Shown piece by piece: positions 24,909 to 32,000 of a stretch of 32,000 nucleotides of DNA (position 1 is the stretch's first letter; each line of letters begins with the position of its first letter). Source of the stretch: an uncultured bacterium (GTDB lineage: Bacteria > Margulisbacteria > WOR-1 > CAVSGV01); NCBI GenBank assembly GCA_963699255.1, contig OY969425.1:1500001-1532000 (forward strand), given 5' to 3'. The position numbers were made by a program, and so were the translations under genes. The notes under the pieces were generated by a model. That model was not told where the DNA came from and searched no databases. It was given only the letters and a program-made list of their open reading frames with translations.

Positions 24909-25186
24909 AGGTAAAAGTTTTCGGTAAACCGGGCTGCGAGTTTTGCAAGACCACGATGAAGAAGTTCCAGACGTTCCTTACCCTGTGGAAGATAACGGAC
25001 AAGGTCGAACTTTCCTTTTATGACATGGAGACAGTGGACGGGCTTGCGGAAGGCGCGTTCATGAGCGTTGCAAAGGTCCCGACCTCCATAATAGAGAAGG
25101 ACGGCCAGATCGTAGCGAGATGGGACGGGAAAGTCCCCGTATCAGAGGAATTCAAGCCGTGCTTTGAGCACATGCTGGCCGCCTAG
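24905..25186 (+). CDS. Glutaredoxin/NrdH-like thioredoxin-fold redoxin (CEFC active site)
   Basis: 93 aa. MKVKVFGKPGCEFCKTT, with a cis-Pro-type VPT and beta strands in thioredoxin-fold order. The ATG overlaps the nrdD-2 stop (ATGA). The track ORF 24752-25186 is in the same frame but too long. Confidence 0.75.
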   Translation: MKVKVFGKPGCEFCKTTMKKFQTFLTLWKITDKVELSFYDMETVDGLAEGAFMSVAKVPTSIIEKDGQIVARWDGKVPVSEEFKPCFEHMLAA

Positions 25187-25187
25187 T

Positions 25188-27095
25188 TCACTTACCGATC
25201 AGTATCCCGTTGCTGACGGCCCTCTCGGCCCCGTTGCTGGGAGTATTTATCACATCGCCCTTTAAGACCATTACCGACGAGCTGCCGCCGTCCAGATTCA
25301 TCGCATCCACGCATCCAAGGTCCTTCATTATCTGCGCCAGCTCTTCCAGGGTCGCGCCCGCGCTTTTTGCGGAAGTTGCGCTCTGACCGCATTTATCAAC
25401 TGTAACGAAGACCAGGTTACCTTCCTTGTTTATACCCACCGCCGTCCTTGCCGCGCGGCTTTTCGCGATGTCGTTCTTGAACCGTTCGCTGTTCCTTGAA
25501 ATGTATATCTGACCGGACTTTAACAGGCGCGGACCTCCGCCGATGACGTGCTTGATCTCAAGGTTCGTGAGGCCGGAGAGCGGCATCAGCTTCAGGGTGG
25601 TGTGTATCCTGCTCCCTATTTTTACCTTGTTCCCAACCGTATTGTAGTAAGTGGGATCAAGGGATATCGCGTATCCGTCCTTTGGTATCCAGGCCCGGGC
25701 CCTGCTGATATCCTTCACTTCGTCGCCGACCACGGAGAGAACAATGCCGGGGTTGTCCTCATTGGTCTGGCTTCCGTATCTGGGCGTGTAGATGACGGCT
25801 TCGCCCAGGTTGCGCCTGTCGTTTATGCCCGCCAGCTGGATGATGACGCCTTCCAATGAAATTTCGCCCGAGAGTGAAACATTGTCGATGAAGCAGCGGT
25901 TGTTCCTGTCGATGATAAGGGCCGTCCTGTCATTTATCGAATATGACACAAGTTCTCCGTTCATCATTATAACGCCCAGGGGCTCCCCCGAAGAGCCGAA
26001 GAACGTGCCGTTGATCCCCGCGATGGCGTCGGCGTCGTGGACCATGTTGCTTATCTTATCCATGCGGTATCTGGCCTGCTCTTCTCTTGTCCAAAAAGTG
26101 AACAGCGACCCTATCATGCCGATAAAATTCGGCGGCTCCTCTTTTTTCTGCGAAAGGTAGGGATATACATTAAGGAGGGTCTGGTCCACGATCAATCCGT
26201 TTACGGTAACGGGCCCTTCTTCTGTGCCTTTAAGCATTTTCACGTATCTTAAGCCGGTGGAAATGTCTTTCGCCGCGATGGTCGATCTTGAAGCCCTGTC
26301 GAATTCAACTATCAGGCTGGCGGGGTTATCGATCTTGTAGATCTGGTAAAAAGAAGGATAGGTCTGGAAAATGCTTATCAGAGTGGATGTTCCCGCCTGG
26401 TCTATGCCCACTTTCGGGATAAGCTTGTCTTTTGTCACGATCTTCCGGCTTTTTATGATCGAATTCGTGTTCGGCAGTTCGATCATCAGCCCTCCTTCCA
26501 GAGTGGTGACTATATAAGGGACGAAACTCGAGAGGCTTACGACTATCTTGAACTTTTCCGGAAGCGACCTGGTGTATATTTTTTCTATTTCGGGAACATT
26601 TATCTTCGGGATGGTCATCTTTGACAGCTCCCTGAATTCGATGACGAGCCTGTTCGGGTTCTTCAGGGCGTATATGCTGCTTTTTGTAAGGTACCTGAAT
26701 TGAGCGGTCATCTCGCACGTCCCGTTCCTGTCCTCCACGTTCAGGCTGTCCAGTATCCTGGTCGGTATGCTTTTCTGGGCCGAAGGATTCCACGCCAGGT
26801 CCGGTATGGTTATGACGGTGTACGAATTCCCCTTGTTCACCCTGTATTTGACAGGATTGCTTACTTCAAGGACAAGCTTTAACAGCCAGCCTTTCTCCAC
26901 ATACTTCAACCTGGTAAGGGTTGCCGCGCCTGCATTGGAAGAAAGGAGGAACAGGAGAACCAACAATATGAGTAGGGACAGCCCTTGTGGCTGTCCGAAT
27001 TCGCGGACGGGGACAAGCCCCGTCCCTACATTCTTCCTCGATCCATTGTGGGGATTTTCCTTGTCGCAGGTTTCCGAGTTTCTTATTCTCATCAT
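25188..27095 (-). CDS. Membrane-anchored protein with four AMIN-like repeats and a C-terminal phosphodiester glycosidase (DUF2233/NAGPA-like) domain
   Basis: C-terminal GINGTFFG...NLDGGSSSVMV signature. Four ~100-aa segments each end in a ...LVIEF/IELP/IVEFD-type strand, as in AMIN domains. The hydrophobic anchor GLSLLILLVLLFLLS follows a ~40-aa N-terminal tail. The start is ambiguous (TTG 27101, ATG 27095 or ATG 27092). Confidence 0.75.
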   Translation of the reverse strand: MMRIRNSETCDKENPHNGSRKNVGTGLVPVREFGQPQGLSLLILLVLLFLLSSNAGAATLTRLKYVEKGWLLKLVLEVSNPVKYRVNKGNSYTVITIPDLAWNPSAQKSIPTRILDSLNVEDRNGTCEMTAQFRYLTKSSIYALKNPNRLVIEFRELSKMTIPKINVPEIEKIYTRSLPEKFKIVVSLSSFVPYIVTTLEGGLMIELPNTNSIIKSRKIVTKDKLIPKVGIDQAGTSTLISIFQTYPSFYQIYKIDNPASLIVEFDRASRSTIAAKDISTGLRYVKMLKGTEEGPVTVNGLIVDQTLLNVYPYLSQKKEEPPNFIGMIGSLFTFWTREEQARYRMDKISNMVHDADAIAGINGTFFGSSGEPLGVIMMNGELVSYSINDRTALIIDRNNRCFIDNVSLSGEISLEGVIIQLAGINDRRNLGEAVIYTPRYGSQTNEDNPGIVLSVVGDEVKDISRARAWIPKDGYAISLDPTYYNTVGNKVKIGSRIHTTLKLMPLSGLTNLEIKHVIGGGPRLLKSGQIYISRNSERFKNDIAKSRAARTAVGINKEGNLVFVTVDKCGQSATSAKSAGATLEELAQIMKDLGCVDAMNLDGGSSSVMVLKGDVINTPSNGAERAVSNGILIGK

Positions 27096-27097
27096 CC

Positions 27098-27937
27098 TCA
27101 ATTTCCCTTCAGCTTATTGATGACGTTCTCTATCACGTCGGCAGGCGTTGACGCACCGGCGGTCAGCCCGATAATGTCAAAACCCTTCAGAAGGTTCAGG
27201 TCCAGGGTGTCCGCGGAATCTATCTGATAGGTTTTCGCTCCCGTTTCCTCGCAGAGCTCTTTCAGTCTCCTGGTGTTCGCGCTCTTGCCGTCGCCTATGA
27301 CAAGCATTATTTCCGACCGTTTCGCGACTTCGACCGCGGACCTCTGCATCTTATTGGTGGCTTCACAGATCGTATTGAACATCTTCAGCTCGTTCGTTTT
27401 GCCCGCGAGGGCGTTCACAACATCCTCGAAGTGGCTGGCGGACTGAGTTGTCTGGGCTATGACGGCCATCTTGTCGTGGAACGCCACCTTTTTAACGTCC
27501 TTTACGTTCTCTATGACCTGCGCCTTGTTGCCTGAAAAACCCATTATTCCGGCGACCTCGGCGTGGTTCCTGTCGCCGACGATCACAAGGTGGTATCCGT
27601 TCTCAACGAGCTGCTTCGCGAGCAGCTGGGGCTTCTTTACCCACGGGCAGGTCGTATCGATTATCTTGAGGCCTGTCTTTTGCGCCTTCTCATATGCATC
27701 GGGAGGCAGGCCGTGCGCGCTAATGATAAGGTAGCCTGAAGCGCCTTTAGGTATCTCTTTAATGTCTTTTACAGTTTGAATTCCCTTTGCCTTAAGCTCA
27801 TCGATCACTTTCTGGTTGTGGACGAGGTAGCCGAGCATGTAGACGGGCTCCCCGTGTTTGGCGGTCTTTAACGCCAGGTTGTAAGCGCGGTTCACTCCTG
27901 TGCAGAAACCGAGGTATTTGGCCAATAAAAGCTTCAT
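27098..27937 (-). CDS. ispH: 4-hydroxy-3-methylbut-2-enyl diphosphate reductase
   Basis: GFCTGVNRA, TTCPWV and NTICEATNKMQ, the three cluster cysteines in conserved contexts. Confidence 0.93.
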   Translation of the reverse strand: MKLLLAKYLGFCTGVNRAYNLALKTAKHGEPVYMLGYLVHNQKVIDELKAKGIQTVKDIKEIPKGASGYLIISAHGLPPDAYEKAQKTGLKIIDTTCPWVKKPQLLAKQLVENGYHLVIVGDRNHAEVAGIMGFSGNKAQVIENVKDVKKVAFHDKMAVIAQTTQSASHFEDVVNALAGKTNELKMFNTICEATNKMQRSAVEVAKRSEIMLVIGDGKSANTRRLKELCEETGAKTYQIDSADTLDLNLLKGFDIIGLTAGASTPADVIENVINKLKGN

Positions 27938-29103
27938 TTAAAGGAGATGCCCTCTTTTTTCATGCGGGAAATGGCTTCTCTGATCTTTTCCTTGTCCTCC
28001 GTGATCGAAGCCCTGAAGTAGCCTTCTCCGTACCTGCCGTAGCCCGATCCGGGAACAACAAGCACGCCCGTTTTTTCGAGGAGATGCTTCACGAAGCTTG
28101 AAGACGTAAAGGATGCCGGCACCGGCGCCCAGACATAGAACGTGGCTTTAGGGTATTCCATGTTCCACCCGAGCCCGTTGAGGCCGTCCACGAGGATGTT
28201 CCTTCTCTCCGTGTAGATCATGTTCATTCTGTCTATCTCTTTTTGCGGGCCGTTAAGGGCTTCAACGCCCGCGAGCTGTATGGCTTTGAATATGCCTGAG
28301 TCGACGTTCGTTTTTATTATGGAAAGCGCGGAGATCGCGTAGCTTGAGCCCACGGCCATCCCGATCCTCCAGCCCGTCATGTTGTATGTCTTCGACAGGG
28401 AATGGAATTCCACGGCGACGTCTTTCGCGCCCGGTATCTCAAGAACGCTCATGGCCCTGTATCCGTCAAAAGTGACCTCGGAATAGGCGAGGTCGGAGCA
28501 GAGCAGAATGTTGTTCTTCCTGCAGAAAGCCACCGCTTCTTCCAGGAAGCCTCTGCCCGCGACGGCCGACGTAGGATTGTTCGGATAATTAATGAACATC
28601 AGTTTTGCCTTTTTAATTATTTCTTTGTCGATCGACTTGAGGTCGGGAATGAAGCTGTTCGATTTGAGCAGCGGCATCGAATAGGGGACGCCGCCGGCGA
28701 GTATCGTGGCCACGCTATAGACCGGATATCCGGGATCCGGTATGAGCGCGTGGTCTCCCGGGTCCATGAATGCCAAGAAGGTGTGGGCTATCCCTTCTTT
28801 CGAGCCGATGAGGGAAAGGACCTCTGTTTCAGGGTCAAGGTCCACGTTGAACCTTTTCTTGTACCATTTCGCGGCCGCAACTCTAAACTCCCTTATACCT
28901 TCGTAAGGCGGGTAATTGTGCGTCCTGGGATCATTGACCGCCTTATGGAATTTTTTCAGTATCCTTTTGGGGGTCGGCTGATCCGGATCGCCAATGCCCA
29001 GATCTATCACTTTTACCCCGCTGGAGATCAGCTCCGTTTTTTTCCTGTCTATTTCCGCGAATAAATACGGCGGAACGTTCAATATCCTGTTCGCTTTTCT
29101 CAT
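27934..29103 (-). CDS. dapL: LL-diaminopimelate aminotransferase (class I aminotransferase)
   Basis: PPYLFAEIDRKK...VIDLGIGDPDQPTP N-terminus, and SLSKTYNMTGWRIG containing the PLP lysine. It overlaps dapF by 4 nt. Confidence 0.85.
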   Translation of the reverse strand: MRKANRILNVPPYLFAEIDRKKTELISSGVKVIDLGIGDPDQPTPKRILKKFHKAVNDPRTHNYPPYEGIREFRVAAAKWYKKRFNVDLDPETEVLSLIGSKEGIAHTFLAFMDPGDHALIPDPGYPVYSVATILAGGVPYSMPLLKSNSFIPDLKSIDKEIIKKAKLMFINYPNNPTSAVAGRGFLEEAVAFCRKNNILLCSDLAYSEVTFDGYRAMSVLEIPGAKDVAVEFHSLSKTYNMTGWRIGMAVGSSYAISALSIIKTNVDSGIFKAIQLAGVEALNGPQKEIDRMNMIYTERRNILVDGLNGLGWNMEYPKATFYVWAPVPASFTSSSFVKHLLEKTGVLVVPGSGYGRYGEGYFRASITEDKEKIREAISRMKKEGISFK

Positions 29104-29894
29104 GATATTTCCCCTTCAAAGACGGTTTCAGCCGGGCCCCTCATTATTACGTGCTCGTCTTCCTGCCATTCAATGTCGAGAGATCCTCCCGGCAGCCTTA
29201 TCAGCACGTCCCTTTCGAATTTTCCCTGTGTCACTCCGGCGACGACAGCGGCGCACGCGCCGGTCCCGCAGGCGAGAGTTTCGCCCGCTCCGCGCTCCCA
29301 GACCTTTACTATGGCCTCTTTTTTGCTTACCGCCTGGACGAATTCCACATTCGTACGGTTCGGGAACATTTTATGCGTTTCGATATCCGGTCCTATTTCA
29401 TCGATAGCAACCCTGCTGACATCATCCACGAAAATCACGCAATGCGGATTGCCCATACTCACCAAAGTGACATCAAAGTCCTTGCCTTCAACTTTTAACT
29501 TCTCACTTTTCACTTTTTTCGGCTTGCCCATGTCCACCTCTACGACCGCGGCCTTGCCTTTATGCTCCAGTATGGACGGGAGCATTATCCCCGCGAGGGT
29601 TTCAACGGATATCATGTCTTTTTTCTTTCCGAGCGTTTCATATATGTATTTCGCGAAGCACCTGATGCCGTTGCCGCACATTTCGGCCTCGCTGCCGTCG
29701 GGATTGAAAACGCTCATCCTGACGTCCGCGGAGGAGGATGTTCCCGCTATCAGAAGATCGTCCGCGCCTATCCCGTAGTGCCTGTCGCACAGCTTAACGG
29801 CGAGCTCGGACAGGTTGAGGCCTTCGAGCGACTCGCTGCGGGAATCGATCAGTATGAAGTCATTTCCGAGAGCATCCATTTTTGTGAATTTCAT
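29100..29894 (-). CDS. dapF: Diaminopimelate epimerase
   Basis: MKFTKMDALGNDFILID, NPDGSEAEMCGNGIRC and ACGTGACA, the two catalytic cysteines. Confidence 0.95.
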   Translation of the reverse strand: MKFTKMDALGNDFILIDSRSESLEGLNLSELAVKLCDRHYGIGADDLLIAGTSSSADVRMSVFNPDGSEAEMCGNGIRCFAKYIYETLGKKKDMISVETLAGIMLPSILEHKGKAAVVEVDMGKPKKVKSEKLKVEGKDFDVTLVSMGNPHCVIFVDDVSRVAIDEIGPDIETHKMFPNRTNVEFVQAVSKKEAIVKVWERGAGETLACGTGACAAVVAGVTQGKFERDVLIRLPGGSLDIEWQEDEHVIMRGPAETVFEGEIS

Positions 29895-30250
29895 TATTTC
29901 ACCGTATAGCTCGCGCAGGTCGTGGCCGATTCATAGACCGTGACCTTCGTGACGTCCGCCTTTTTCGAGATCTGGTCAAAAATATACTTTGCCACGTTCT
30001 CCGACGTGGGATTCACCTTCTTGAAATAAGGTATCACGTTCAGGTTCGTGTGGTCAAGCTTGGACAGGCAGAACTGGAGCAGAAGCCTGATCTCCTTAAA
30101 GTCCCTGACCATCCCGAGACTATTGAGCCTGTCGCTCTTAATGTGTATCTGGACCTTCCACGTGTGCCCGTGAAGCTGCTCGCACGGGCCGTCGTATCCG
30201 ACCAGCTGATGCGCCGCGTCAAAGGTGCCTTCCACCATCAATTCATACAT
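29894..30250 (-). CDS. queD: 6-carboxy-5,6,7,8-tetrahydropterin synthase
   Basis: 118 aa. FDAAHQL..Y.G.CEQLHGHTWKV, a PTPS/QueD Cys-His-His site. Confidence 0.9.
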   Translation of the reverse strand: MYELMVEGTFDAAHQLVGYDGPCEQLHGHTWKVQIHIKSDRLNSLGMVRDFKEIRLLLQFCLSKLDHTNLNVIPYFKKVNPTSENVAKYIFDQISKKADVTKVTVYESATTCASYTVK

Positions 30251-30271
30251 ATTTTGATTTTACCTTCCGCC

Positions 30272-31162
30272 TCAGCCTTTTACAATAGAGATTTCTTCGA
30301 CGTTCGTGACGGGATGTCCAAGCAGGATAGAGCCGAGCTCCTTGAAGCTGGAGCCGGATCCCGTAACGATGAACCTGTGCTTCGGCGGGATATTGGTGGT
30401 GTTCATCATCTTTCCCCTGGTCAATATGTCCCTGGCGGTCCTTGCCGCTTCATCCGCGGGATCTATCAGCGCGACACCGGGGCCGAGTATGCCCCTTATC
30501 GTCTTTATCAGGTGCGGGTAGTGAGTGCAGCCCAGCACCAGGGTATCGATCTTTGCCGCCATCAGGGGCCGAAGGTATTCCTTCAGTACGTTTTCCGTTT
30601 CCTTGGAAGACGCGAAACCGCCTTCTATGAGGGGAACAAGGAGGGGGCAGGCGACGCCGAAAACTTCCGCTTCCTTGTTAAGGCTTTTTATCGCGTTCTG
30701 GTACGCGAAGGAATTGATCGTTCCGACCGTCGCGATGACGCCTATCTTTTTGTTCTGTGTGGCGGTGGCCGCGAGCTTTGCCCCGCCCTCTATCATTCCC
30801 ACCATAGGGACCTTGTATCTGTCCTTCATTACGGGATATGCGATCGCCGACGACGTTCCGCAGGCGATGACTATCAGTTTTACGCCGAAACTCACCAGGA
30901 GATCAAGTATCTCCTTGTTTATTTTCAGTATCTCGCTGTTGGATCTTCCGCCGTAAGGCACCCGGGCGGTATCCGCCAGGTAAATGATGCTTTCTCTGGG
31001 AAGGAGCTTTGTCGTTTTTTCAAAGACCGTAAGCCCTCCGACGCCTGAATCGAACATTCCTATAGAGGAAGACTCCGCCACCGGGGGTTTTTCTGACAGT
31101 TCGGAGATCTTATGGGTCACTTTTCCGGATAATACGTTCCTTACTTGCGAGATCTCTGCCAT
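30272..31162 (-). CDS. murI: Glutamate racemase
   Basis: IGMFDSGVGGLTV, IVIACGTSS and LGCTHYP. A ~33-aa N-terminal extension results if the ATG at 31162 is used, which overlaps the amidase gene by 22 nt. Confidence 0.92.
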   Translation of the reverse strand: MAEISQVRNVLSGKVTHKISELSEKPPVAESSSIGMFDSGVGGLTVFEKTTKLLPRESIIYLADTARVPYGGRSNSEILKINKEILDLLVSFGVKLIVIACGTSSAIAYPVMKDRYKVPMVGMIEGGAKLAATATQNKKIGVIATVGTINSFAYQNAIKSLNKEAEVFGVACPLLVPLIEGGFASSKETENVLKEYLRPLMAAKIDTLVLGCTHYPHLIKTIRGILGPGVALIDPADEAARTARDILTRGKMMNTTNIPPKHRFIVTGSGSSFKELGSILLGHPVTNVEEISIVKG

Positions 31163-32000
31163 GAACTTATTTTAACATATTCCCGGATGCCTTTATACAT
31201 TCCGTACGCCACCCGGTCCTGGAATTTCGGATCGCATATCAGCCTTTCCTCTCTCGGATTCGTGAGGTAGGCGGCTTCCACGAGGACGGACGGCATTTTT
31301 GTGTGGTGGACCGCGTAGTAGGTGACCTTTTTCACGCCCCTGTTCTTCAGCTTTATCGTCCGGCTAAGGTTCTTCTGCATTATTTTCGCGAACGTCCTGC
31401 TCCGCGGCGTGAAATAGTACGTTTCGCATCCTCCTATCCGCGGCCTCGAGTAGGCGTTCAGATGGACGGCCACAAAGATATCGGCGCGCCTGCTGTTCGC
31501 TATCCTGACGATCTCCCTGTTCCGTATGCTTACATCCCTGGTCCTTGTCATTACGACCTTTGCTCCCGCTTTCTTAAGGAACTTCTCCAGCCTCAGCGCT
31601 ATCTTCAGGGTCAGGATCTTCTCAAAAATGCCGGATTCGCTTATGAATCCCGGATCCCTTCCTCCGTGCCCCGGATCCACGACTATGGTCTTGCCCTGCA
31701 GCGTGAGCGGGATCTTGGATATCTCTACCGGCGGTATGTTCGATATCTCCACCGGCTGTATCTTTTTCACGGGCTTTTCTACTTCTTCGGGAACTTCCTC
31801 GGAGACTTCCGTTACCGGTATCGATAGCGTAGGCGCTTCCTCCACCTCGACGACGGTCGGCTTTTCCATCTTAACCGCCTCCGGAGTCACCGGCCTTATT
31901 TTTTCCGGTCTCACGGCCTCGACGGTTGACGGAGCGCTCGGCGCGACTATTTTCGTGCTTTCGGGCCTGGCCTTCGTGAATTCCAGGATGAATTTGTTCC
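31141..32000 (-). CDS. N-acetylmuramoyl-L-alanine amidase (Amidase_3); 5' end outside window
   Basis: VVDPGHGGRDPG, ADIFVAVHLNA and PSVLVEAAYLTN. I checked that the frame stays open from the track's GTG at 31914 to the window edge (…NKFILEFTKARPESTK…). That upstream sequence looks like the end of an AMIN domain followed by a Pro/Glu/Val linker. Confidence 0.88.
   Translation of the reverse strand, partial: NKFILEFTKARPESTKIVAPSAPSTVEAVRPEKIRPVTPEAVKMEKPTVVEVEEAPTLSIPVTEVSEEVPEEVEKPVKKIQPVEISNIPPVEISKIPLTLQGKTIVVDPGHGGRDPGFISESGIFEKILTLKIALRLEKFLKKAGAKVVMTRTRDVSIRNREIVRIANSRRADIFVAVHLNAYSRPRIGGCETYYFTPRSRTFAKIMQKNLSRTIKLKNRGVKKVTYYAVHHTKMPSVLVEAAYLTNPREERLICDPKFQDRVAYGMYKGIREYVKISSWQRSRK

Noticed and set aside
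25184-25190. Convergent stop codons 1 nt apart (redoxin TAG and glycosidase TGA) with no terminator
   Set aside because: This reflects the general gene compaction of this genome. There is no sequence structure to interpret, so it is noted only under the glycosidase finding.
30050-31048. 332-aa plus-strand ORF antisense to queD and murI
   Set aside because: It overlaps two confidently identified minus-strand genes. It has an Arg/Gly-rich shadow-frame composition, no start context and no recognisable domain.
31718-31765. Tandem 24-nt duplication (gatatctctaccggcggtatgttc / gatatctccaccggctgtatcttt) in the amidase gene
   Set aside because: It encodes PVEISNIP/PVEISKIP within a Pro/Glu/Val linker between domains. 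This is ordinary linker expansion of little functional interest.

Overview
A densely packed bacterial chromosomal window of about 34 protein genes and one intact tRNA. It uses the standard genetic code and strong AGGAGG-type ribosome-binding sites. The class III RNR, the DapL route to lysine and the ferredoxin suggest an uncultivated anaerobe. Most genes are housekeeping. On the minus strand: pncC(cinA-C)-pgsA-rimO, an NRAMP-fold transporter operon, a GH16 glucanase, leuS, a JAMM protein, and a cell-wall/isoprenoid block (AMIN-phosphodiester glycosidase, ispH, dapL, dapF, queD, murI, an Amidase_3 amidase). On the plus strand: lysC-plsY, tRNA-Pro, an M23 peptidase with bactofilin, rsmI-DUF2905-queA-tgt, a membrane protein, two mutarotase-fold proteins, and a ferredoxin-nrdR-nrdD-nrdD-redoxin cluster. 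Five things deserve a second look. (1) Two full-length class III RNR paralogues sit in tandem, tightly coupled to a CxxC redoxin and preceded by ferredoxin and a frame-disrupted nrdR; no nrdG activase is in the window. (2) An NRAMP-fold permease carries the metal-site substitutions reported for Mg-transporting NRMTs. It is followed by a 70-aa membrane protein and a free-standing PRC/MgtE-N/CBS protein. (3) A family of short palindromic and strand-asymmetric simple-word repeats fills the intergenic gaps, and copies also sit in frame inside rimO (twice) and tgt. (4) The intact tRNA-Pro(GGG) is preceded by two decayed copies of itself. (5) rimO and nrdR each carry an apparent 1-nt frame disruption. 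I saw no CRISPR array, transposase, integrase, toxin-antitoxin pair or recognisable defence genes. All family assignments come from motifs read by eye; no database search was run.
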